Positions 56,733 to 64,000 of a stretch of 64,000 nucleotides of DNA are shown in pieces; within the stretch, counting starts at the first letter, position 1, and each line of letters starts with the position of its first letter. The position numbers were made by a program, and so were the translations under genes. This DNA comes from an uncultured Arcobacter sp. (lineage in GTDB: Bacteria > Campylobacterota > Campylobacteria > Campylobacterales > Arcobacteraceae): contig OZ223300.1 in assembly GCA_965140705.1 (NCBI GenBank), positions 288,001 through 352,000 on the forward strand. Reading direction: 5' to 3'. The notes below the pieces were generated by a model. It did no database searches, was not told where the DNA came from, and saw nothing but the letters and a program-made list of their open reading frames with translations.

Positions 56733-57341
56733 ATGAATCAACAAGAGTTATGGAATAAAAAATTTTCAAGGGATGGGTATTTGTATGGAACTAATCCCAA
56801 TCAATTTATAAAAGACACTTCTGCTAATTTTAAAAAAGATCAAACAGTATTGTGTTTAGGTGAAGGAGAGGGTCGAAATGCTATCTTTTTAGCAAGAGGA
56901 GGTTTTGATGTTGAAGCAATTGATGCTTCAGATATTGGTTTAAATAAACTTTTTGAACAAAGTCAAATAGAAAATGTAGAGATAAAAACAAACTGCATGG
57001 ATATAAATGATTGGCAAGCTTCTAAAAAATATGGAACCATATTGTTCTCTTATTTACATTTAAAAATTGATGAGTTGAAAAACTTGATTAAAAAAATAGA
57101 GAGTGCATTGGAAGAGAATGGCTTTTTTGTATGTGAAGTTTTTTCAAAAAATCAAATAGAAAGAAATAGTGGTGGACCAAAAGATTTAGAGTTACTTTAT
57201 AGTATGGATGATTTTAAAGATAATATAAAAGAGTTAAAGATTCATAAATTAGAAGAAGTAATTACCAATTTAGAAGAAGGACCTGGTCATCAAGGTGAAG
57301 CTTGTGTGATAAGGTTGATAGCCCAAAAGATTAAATTTTAA
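56733..57341 (+). CDS. Class I SAM-dependent methyltransferase (TehB-like)
   Basis: W..KF....YLYG..PN.F, LCLGEGEGRNA, GGP, EGPGH.G. Confidence 0.88.
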   Translation: MNQQELWNKKFSRDGYLYGTNPNQFIKDTSANFKKDQTVLCLGEGEGRNAIFLARGGFDVEAIDASDIGLNKLFEQSQIENVEIKTNCMDINDWQASKKYGTILFSYLHLKIDELKNLIKKIESALEENGFFVCEVFSKNQIERNSGGPKDLELLYSMDDFKDNIKELKIHKLEEVITNLEEGPGHQGEACVIRLIAQKIKF

Positions 57342-57416
57342 CAGGTTTTTAACAAACTTTTTAGTAGAGTAAAAATTAAAATAAAAGACAAAAATTAATA
57401 AGAGATAGAATATATA

Positions 57417-60400
57417 ATGAAAAATAGAATAAATGAAATTATACAAAATAAAGTATTGATTATCGATGGAGCGATGGGAACTCAATTACAAAATGCAGAG
57501 ATAAAATCTGAAGCATGGAAGTATGAGAACCAAGATTTAGAAGGGTGTAATGAACTTCTGAATGAAACTGCTCCTGAAATTTTAGAAGGAATTCATGATG
57601 CTTATGCAAAAGCAGGGGCAAATTTAATTTCAACAAATACTTTTGGAACTATGCCTTGGGTACTTGATGAATATGGAATCTCTTCAAAAGCCTATGAATT
57701 ATCTAAACTTGGTGCCGAACTTGTAAAAAAATCTTGTAAAAAGTATGAAACAGAAGATGAGCCAAGATTTTGTTTAGGTTCAATTGGACCAGGAACTAAG
57801 CTCCCATCACTAGGACATATTAGATATGATGAGATGTATAAAGGGTATAAAGAAGTAGCAAATGGATTAGCTGATGGTGGATGTGATATATATTTACTTG
57901 AAACTTGTCAAGATCCACTTCAAATAAAAGCAGCACTTCATGCCCTAACTGATACACATCCAGAAATTCCAGTAATGGTATCTGTGACTATTGAGTTATC
58001 TGGAACTATGTTAATAGGAACAGATGCTATGACAATAGCAGCTATTATGAGCCCTTTTAATATCTTATCTTTAGGCTTTAACTGTGGTACTGGACCAAAA
58101 CAAGTTCATAAACATGTAAAAACATTAAGTGAAGTTTGTAAATTCCCTATTTCAGTTCATGCAAATGCAGGGCTTCCTCAAAATAAAGGTGGAGTTTCAT
58201 ATTATCCAATGGGTCCAGAGGAGTTTACTCAACTACAAAGTAGCTTTTTAGAAATAAATGGAGTCTCGTTTTTAGGTGGTTGTTGTGGAACAACTCCTGA
58301 ACACATAGAAGCTTTAGCAAATAAAGTAAGGGGAATCAAACCAAAAGCACCAAGTGGGTTTTTAAAAGCTTCTTTGGCATCACTATTTAATACAGTTCCC
58401 CTAAAACAAGATCCCGCACCTTTATTAATAGGGGAGAGAAGTAATGCAACTGGTTCAAAAGCTTTTAGGGATTTATTAAAAGATAATAATTATGAGGGAA
58501 CACTATCTGTTGGACAACAGCAAGTAAGAGCGGGAGCTCATATTATTGATGTAAGTGTTGGATTTGCAGGACGAGATGAAACAGGAGATATGGATAAGGT
58601 GGTTGAACTTTATTCTCAAAAAGTTTCACTTCCTTTGATGCCAGACTCTACACAAATAAAAGCTTTGGAAGCTGCTCTTAAACAAATAGGTGGAAGATGT
58701 ATTATAAATTCTGTAAACCTTGAAGATGGTGAAGAGAAGTTTGATGCTGTGTGTAAACTTGCTAAGAAATTTGGGGCAGCACTTGTTTGTTTGGTTATTG
58801 ATGAAGTTGGAATGGCTAAAACAAAAGAAGACAAAATCAGAATTGCTGAACGTATTTATGATTTATGTGTAAATAGACATGGATTTAATCCTGAAGATTT
58901 AGTTTTTGATATGCTTACCTTTACTATTGGTTCTGGAGATGATGAGTATAGAACAGCTGGTGTTGAGACTATGGAAGCAATTAGAGAGTTTCAAATACTT
59001 CACCCAGAAGTAGGAACTACCTTAGGGCTTTCAAATATCTCTTTTGGACTTGATACAAAAGCTAGAGTTTATTTAAACTCTATTTATCTAGATCATTGTG
59101 TAAAAGCAGGACTTACAAGTGCTATTGTAAATGTTAAACATATCTTACCACTAAATAAAATCACAGAAGAAGACAGAAAAGCTTGTAATGATTTGATTTT
59201 TAATAATCAAGAAGATGGTGACCCTTTATTTAAATTTATTGACCATTTCTCAAATGTTGATGCACAAGAAGATCAAAGTGATGAAGAGTACCAAAAATTA
59301 GAACCAATAGAGAAAGTTAAAAAACTTCTATTGGATGGGGATAAGGATAGACTTATACCATTAGTTGATGAGTTAAGACATAAGGTAAATCCAGAAATCA
59401 TAGTAAATGAGTGGTTAATTGATGGTATGAAAATCATAGGGGAACTTTTTGGTTCAGGTCAAATGCAGTTACCATTTGTACTTCAAAGTGCTGAGACTAT
59501 GAAAGCAACAGTTGATGCTTTAAATCCATATTTACCAAAAGAAGAAAAAGCTAGTGAAACAGTACTTGTAATTGGAACAGTTAAGGGTGATGTTCACGAT
59601 GTGGGTAAAAACTTAGTTGATATTATTTTAAGTAATAATGGATTTAAAGTTATAAATATAGGAATAAAAGCAGATATCAATGACTTCATAATAGCAGTTC
59701 AAGAACACAAAGCACAAGCTATTGGAATGAGTGGATTACTTGTAAAAAGTACTGCTGTAATGAAAGAAAATCTTGAAGAACTCAAAAGACAAGGTATAGA
59801 TATACCTGTACTTTTAGGTGGAGCAGCACTTACAAAATCTTTTGTAAATGAGTATTGTAGACCTTTATACGGTGGACCAATTTTTTATTGTAGAGATGCC
59901 TTTGATGGGGTTGTATCTATGCAAAGAATAGAATCTGGAGAATCTTCAAATACTCAATTAGCGGCTGATTTAATAGATGATGAACAAGTAGTTAAAAAAG
60001 AAAAAAAAGAGGTGATTCTCCCTCCTTATGAAGAGATAGAATTGCCTCCAAAAGCTGATTTTACTTTTCCACCACTTTGGGGAAGAGTTACTCAAAATAA
60101 AGCTCTGTTAAATAAAGATTTGATTTTTTCTTGGATAAATCATAGGGTTTTGTTTAGACAAAGATGGGGGTATAAAAAAGGTGCTATGAAAGCAGATGAA
60201 TTTTTAGCCCATGAAGAAAATGTAGTAAAACCCTTATATGAGAAATATAAAGAAGAGTTTTTTGAAAAAGATATTTTTGACCCAATAGCTATTTATGGAT
60301 ATTATCCTTGTATTTCACATGATAATAAGCTTTATATTTTTGATGAAGAGTATGCTTTTCATAGTTTAAAAGAAGCACAAAATGTACCACCTTTGGAAAA

Positions 60401-60890
60401 GGCTATAAAAGTACTTGAGTTTCCTCGACAAACAAAAGCACCACATAGATGTATAGCTGACTTTTTTGCCAATGATAGATTAGATGTAGTTGCCTTTACT
60501 CTTGCAAGTTCAGGATTAAAAATAACTTCATATGAAAGTGAACTTTATCAAAATAGTGAGTTTTCAAAATATCATCAAATACATGGATTAGGTGTTGAAC
60601 TTGCAGAAGCATTAGCTGAGGTAATTCATAAGCAAATAAGACTTGACCTTGATATTGTACCAAAAGAGGGACATACCTTATATGATGTTCAAATGAAACA
60701 GTATGTTGGATGTAGGTATTCTCCTGGCTATGCAGCTTGTCCTGATTTGGAACAAAGTCAAGATATCTTTGATTTACTAAAACCAGAAGAGTTTGGAATA
60801 ACTTTAAGTGAAACTTTTCAAATAGATCCAGAACAAAGTACATGCGCCATAGTAGTGCCACATAGTAAAGCCAACTACTACAATATCTAA
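57417..60890 (+). CDS. metH: Cobalamin-dependent methionine synthase
   Basis: DGAMGT, GFNC, GGCCGT, IGERSNATGS, GDVHDVGKN, SGLL, RYSPGYAACPD. Confidence 0.97.
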   Translation: MKNRINEIIQNKVLIIDGAMGTQLQNAEIKSEAWKYENQDLEGCNELLNETAPEILEGIHDAYAKAGANLISTNTFGTMPWVLDEYGISSKAYELSKLGAELVKKSCKKYETEDEPRFCLGSIGPGTKLPSLGHIRYDEMYKGYKEVANGLADGGCDIYLLETCQDPLQIKAALHALTDTHPEIPVMVSVTIELSGTMLIGTDAMTIAAIMSPFNILSLGFNCGTGPKQVHKHVKTLSEVCKFPISVHANAGLPQNKGGVSYYPMGPEEFTQLQSSFLEINGVSFLGGCCGTTPEHIEALANKVRGIKPKAPSGFLKASLASLFNTVPLKQDPAPLLIGERSNATGSKAFRDLLKDNNYEGTLSVGQQQVRAGAHIIDVSVGFAGRDETGDMDKVVELYSQKVSLPLMPDSTQIKALEAALKQIGGRCIINSVNLEDGEEKFDAVCKLAKKFGAALVCLVIDEVGMAKTKEDKIRIAERIYDLCVNRHGFNPEDLVFDMLTFTIGSGDDEYRTAGVETMEAIREFQILHPEVGTTLGLSNISFGLDTKARVYLNSIYLDHCVKAGLTSAIVNVKHILPLNKITEEDRKACNDLIFNNQEDGDPLFKFIDHFSNVDAQEDQSDEEYQKLEPIEKVKKLLLDGDKDRLIPLVDELRHKVNPEIIVNEWLIDGMKIIGELFGSGQMQLPFVLQSAETMKATVDALNPYLPKEEKASETVLVIGTVKGDVHDVGKNLVDIILSNNGFKVINIGIKADINDFIIAVQEHKAQAIGMSGLLVKSTAVMKENLEELKRQGIDIPVLLGGAALTKSFVNEYCRPLYGGPIFYCRDAFDGVVSMQRIESGESSNTQLAADLIDDEQVVKKEKKEVILPPYEEIELPPKADFTFPPLWGRVTQNKALLNKDLIFSWINHRVLFRQRWGYKKGAMKADEFLAHEENVVKPLYEKYKEEFFEKDIFDPIAIYGYYPCISHDNKLYIFDEEYAFHSLKEAQNVPPLEKAIKVLEFPRQTKAPHRCIADFFANDRLDVVAFTLASSGLKITSYESELYQNSEFSKYHQIHGLGVELAEALAEVIHKQIRLDLDIVPKEGHTLYDVQMKQYVGCRYSPGYAACPDLEQSQDIFDLLKPEEFGITLSETFQIDPEQSTCAIVVPHSKANYYNI

Positions 60891-61038
60891 AAAATCGTTG
60901 TAGTACGGGTATTTTTATCCAATCTCTGTGTTGGTATTTAAAATTTTCAGACTCACTTACTAATTGTAAGCTCCTCCAAAAATTTTAAATACCGCCTTGA
61001 CCTTGAACAAAACTCCCCACACTACAACGATTTTTGAG
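60887..61038. repeat. ERIC-like nested inverted-repeat element (MITE-like)
   Basis: Terminal IR aaaaatcgttgtagt (60890-60904) / actacaacgattttt (61021-61035). Inner IR ggtatttaaaatttt (60933-60947) / aaaattttaaatacc (60979-60993). Core cttac-taatt-gtaag. Minus strand reads CAAGGCGG..AGGAGCTTACA..AGTAAGTGA..CCAACACAG. Confidence 0.72.
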
Positions 61039-61073
61039 TAATTTAAAATTAGAATTTAAACAATCGAGAATAT

Positions 61074-61925
61074 ATGAACAATAATAAAAAAGGTATTATA
61101 ATCACCGCTTTGGGTGTTTTGCTAATGAGTTTTGAGTCTTTATTTATAAAGCTAACTTCCATTTCATCTTTCACTTTTTCTTTTTATCTTGGGATATTTA
61201 TGTTTATTTCAATGCTTTTATTACTAATAATAAAACAAAGAAATATTATAAGAGAGGTTACCAAGACATCTTTTTATATCTTCCTTTTATGTGGAATATT
61301 AATGGGGAGTGCAAATATTTTCTTTATTTGGGCAATAAAGAGTACAACTGCTGCAAATGTAGTACTTATAATAGGAACAGGAGCTTTATTTACATCTTTT
61401 TTTGCATATTTATTTTATAGGGAAAAAATAAGAATAAATGTTCTTATTGCATCTTTCTTTTTATTTATTGGTCTTTTTATAATCTTTAATGATAAGATAG
61501 GAGAAGGTAATTTGAAGGGTAACCTTTTAGCTCTTTTATGCACAATGACTTTTTCTTTATCTTTTGTTCTAATGTCGAAATATACTAGAATAAACCGTAT
61601 AGCAATAACAGCAATGACTGGAATATCATTAGCTACAATAGCTTATTTTGTAAGTGATACAATTAGTATTGACTTTTATAATTTATTTGTAGTAGGCGTA
61701 ATGGGATTAATTATAACCCCATTTTCAAGGGTTTTAATATTTAGTGGAACAAAGTTTATAAATGCAAGTGAAGTAAGTCTTTTAATGATTATTGAAACAG
61801 TAATGGGACCTATTTGGGTTTGGATGGTTTTAAATGAAGTACCAAGTTCTTATACTTTTATTGGTGGAGCAATTATACTTCTTACCCTAATAGTAAACTC
61901 AATCTATTTTATAAAAAAAAATTAA
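61074..61925 (+). CDS. DMT / EamA family transporter
   Basis: About 10 TMs in two EamA repeats, E...GP.W.W....E.P. Confidence 0.9.
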   Translation: MNNNKKGIIITALGVLLMSFESLFIKLTSISSFTFSFYLGIFMFISMLLLLIIKQRNIIREVTKTSFYIFLLCGILMGSANIFFIWAIKSTTAANVVLIIGTGALFTSFFAYLFYREKIRINVLIASFFLFIGLFIIFNDKIGEGNLKGNLLALLCTMTFSLSFVLMSKYTRINRIAITAMTGISLATIAYFVSDTISIDFYNLFVVGVMGLIITPFSRVLIFSGTKFINASEVSLLMIIETVMGPIWVWMVLNEVPSSYTFIGGAIILLTLIVNSIYFIKKN

Positions 61926-61987
61926 CATGATATAATTTTTGTTAATTTTTATAGGTTAAAATATAAAAAATAAATAGGAAACTAAAA

Positions 61988-62296
61988 GTGTTAACAAAAA
62001 TAAAAGAAAAAACTACAGGTTTAGTAGATATAACAAAAGAACAATTTGACAAATCTTTTGATTTTGCAAAAATACAAAGTGACAAAGTAAAAAATAAAAT
62101 AGATTTAAAAATACAAGAGAAAGCACTTTTAAACTTAAAAGCTGAACTAGCTATGAGACATAAAACTTTTGATGATTATACCGATGAAGAGTTAGAGATA
62201 ATGCTTTCAAATGAAAAAAGAAAAGTTATAGATGATTTAAAAACTAAAACCTTGGTTGGCGCCTTAGCTATTTTAGGTTTGGACTTCTTGGTATAA
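61988..62296 (+). CDS. Hypothetical protein (GTG start), C-terminal hydrophobic tail
   Basis: AGGA RBS, helical and charged, ends VGALAILGLDFLV. Confidence 0.65.
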   Translation: MLTKIKEKTTGLVDITKEQFDKSFDFAKIQSDKVKNKIDLKIQEKALLNLKAELAMRHKTFDDYTDEELEIMLSNEKRKVIDDLKTKTLVGALAILGLDFLV

Positions 62297-62299
62297 GAT

Positions 62300-62701
62300 A
62301 TGTTTAGACAAGTTAAATCAGCCATTTTTTGGACGCTACTTTATAAGTTTAGAAGAAGATTTACTATTGTTGTTGTATTACTCTCTATAGTTTTATTGTC
62401 ACAATGGATTTATGCAGATATAGTTGAGTATCTACAACTAACTAATCAATTGCAATATCTTTCTTTTTTACTACCTATTAAATGGGCAATTATTTTATTT
62501 AATATTGCCTTTTCTGCCTATTTGATTATCACAATTTTTAAACCTCAAAAAGAGGATAAAAAAAAGGCTGAAAAAATCATAAAGGAACAAAGTAAAAAAA
62601 ACAATGATAAAGAGATAAAAAAAAATGATTTAAGCCCAAAAGAAAAAGAGTTTTTAACAAAAAAACTAAGAAATAAATCTGAAATATTAATGGATAGATA
62701 A
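62300..62701 (+). CDS. Hypothetical two-TM membrane protein with Lys-rich tail
   Basis: Starts 3 nt after the previous stop; two hydrophobic helices. Confidence 0.65.
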   Translation: MFRQVKSAIFWTLLYKFRRRFTIVVVLLSIVLLSQWIYADIVEYLQLTNQLQYLSFLLPIKWAIILFNIAFSAYLIITIFKPQKEDKKKAEKIIKEQSKKNNDKEIKKNDLSPKEKEFLTKKLRNKSEILMDR

Positions 62702-63292
62702 TTTCAATCTATCCAACTGTTTATCATGATATTTACTAAGTAAAACTAAGGCGAGAATGCTTCCTAAAAGGGCAAATCCCATATCGCTTTGAGTATCCCA
62801 AACATATCCTTGAGTTCCTAAAAAAGCAGTAGCATCAGTGCCACTTAGTATAGCTACCCACCACTCTATTAATTCATAAAAAGCTGAAAATGCTAGGCAA
62901 AAGCAGACTATGAAAAAGTTTCTCCATTTAGGAAAAGGAATTATGTTTTTTCTTATAAGAATTTCTCTTGCAATAATTGCTGGAATAAAACCTTGGGCAA
63001 AATGTCCTACTTTGTCGTAGTTATTTCTACTTTGATTCAATACTTCTTTAATCGTATCAAACAAAGGTACTTCTGCATAGGTATAGTGACCACCTACCAT
63101 TAAAATAATACAATGAATGAGAATAAGAGTATAAGTAAGAGTTGTCAGTTTAAAAGATTTGTATGTATAGGCAAGTACTATAAATCCAATGATAGCTGGA
63201 AATACCTCTAAAGCCCAAGTAAATTGATCTTTGGGATTAATTCCTGACCAAATAAAAGTAGTGATAAAAATAAAAAGCCATATATATTTCAT
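62687..63292 (-). CDS. DUF2238 (YjdF-like) inner membrane protein
   Basis: GGHYTYAEVP, RNNYDKVGHF, SAFYELIEW, FLGTQG.VWDTQ.DM. Confidence 0.88.
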   Translation of the reverse strand: MKYIWLFIFITTFIWSGINPKDQFTWALEVFPAIIGFIVLAYTYKSFKLTTLTYTLILIHCIILMVGGHYTYAEVPLFDTIKEVLNQSRNNYDKVGHFAQGFIPAIIAREILIRKNIIPFPKWRNFFIVCFCLAFSAFYELIEWWVAILSGTDATAFLGTQGYVWDTQSDMGFALLGSILALVLLSKYHDKQLDRLKLSIH

Positions 63293-63414
63293 AAAGTACT
63301 ATATCAAAATCAATAATTTTTGTAAATATTTTTTGATAATGAAGAAATTTAAATTGGTATTAGTAAAATTTGGGTAAAATCAGCACAATATATAAATAAA
63401 AAATAGGAAAGAAC

Positions 63415-63894
63415 TTGTTAGATAAAATTTTAAATTTTTGTTTTAGTGTATCTAAACAACCGGTTTTATTAAAAGATTTATTAGTAGCAAATGTTCAACA
63501 TAATGAGAAAATGCATGTGGATGCTGCAAAATTAGGATTTAGACTTAGTATAGGAAAAGCATATATTGTATATATTTTGATTGTTTGTATTCCTGTAATT
63601 CCATTGTCTTTATTAGCACATACTTTTTTTGAAAAAATTGATGCCCATGCTTCTATTGTGGTTTCTATTATTTTTACTGCAATAATTTTTATTTGGTTCA
63701 ATTTCTTTAGAATTTGGATAAAAGATAAAATGGCAAATAGAGTTATAAGAAAAGCCTGGATGATTCATTTCCCATATTTTCCTTATGATGAATATAGATA
63801 TAAAATAGAAGAGATTTTTCATAAAGCTATGAAAGAGGAAATTCCAAGAAAAGACTTGGAGCGATATATACTAGATAATTTAGTTCAAAACTAA
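63415..63894 (+). CDS. Hypothetical two-TM membrane protein (TTG start)
   Basis: AGGAAA RBS, two hydrophobic segments, W..HFPYF.Y motif. Confidence 0.7.
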   Translation: MLDKILNFCFSVSKQPVLLKDLLVANVQHNEKMHVDAAKLGFRLSIGKAYIVYILIVCIPVIPLSLLAHTFFEKIDAHASIVVSIIFTAIIFIWFNFFRIWIKDKMANRVIRKAWMIHFPYFPYDEYRYKIEEIFHKAMKEEIPRKDLERYILDNLVQN

Positions 63895-63899
63895 ATTAT

Positions 63900-64000
63900 C
63901 TAATCATAAAATGCTTTAGCCTCTTTATTTCTACTTTTTTTTAATTCCATATCAATATATTTTGCTTCTATATCTTTTTTACTTTTTAGAGCAATTGTCT
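63900..64000 (-). CDS. 3' end of a gene entering from the right edge
   Basis: Open frame ...TIALKSKKDIEAKYIDMELKKSRNKEAKAFYD* ends at TAG 63902-63900, convergent on the previous gene. Confidence 0.5.
   Translation of the reverse strand, partial: TIALKSKKDIEAKYIDMELKKSRNKEAKAFYD

Noticed and set aside
60887..61038. Cobalamin or SAM riboswitch, given adjacency to metH
   Set aside because: It lies downstream of metH, lacks B12-box and SAM-I core motifs, and its nested IRs fit an ERIC/MITE-like element better.

Overview
AT-rich chromosomal window from a member of Campylobacterota, most likely Arcobacteraceae. This assignment rests on the 16S/23S sequence, the Ile-Ala spacer tRNAs and the gene content. 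The window is mostly housekeeping (purT, dapF, coaE, purM, hisZ, purA, carA, pgpA, ispDF, thiC, mrp, hisIE, ilvE, metH) plus one complete rrn operon. The most notable feature is a 13.3-kb, tightly coupled 11-gene operon (7300-20653). It joins glucosylglycerate synthesis (GpgS, GpgP-like phosphatase, GalU), glucosylglycerate salvage (GH13_18 phosphorylase, glycerate kinase, Pgm) and a full Entner-Doudoroff branch (zwf, pgl, edd, eda, pgi), yet contains no glucokinase or sugar transporter. A sugar-binding protein/PAS histidine kinase pair with no neighbouring response regulator is transcribed divergently from it. Other points of interest: an HpxW-like oxamate amidohydrolase beside a TRAP permease; a MarR-containing yceI/FMN reductase/pirin/dioxygenase cluster with two perfect palindromic operator candidates, one inside a consensus promoter; a 61-aa histone H1-like protein; an unlisted 33-aa membrane peptide; a fungal Str2-like cystathionine synthase; and a roughly 150-bp ERIC-like nested-hairpin element after metH. 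All calls come from motif recognition and recalled family knowledge; no database searches were run.
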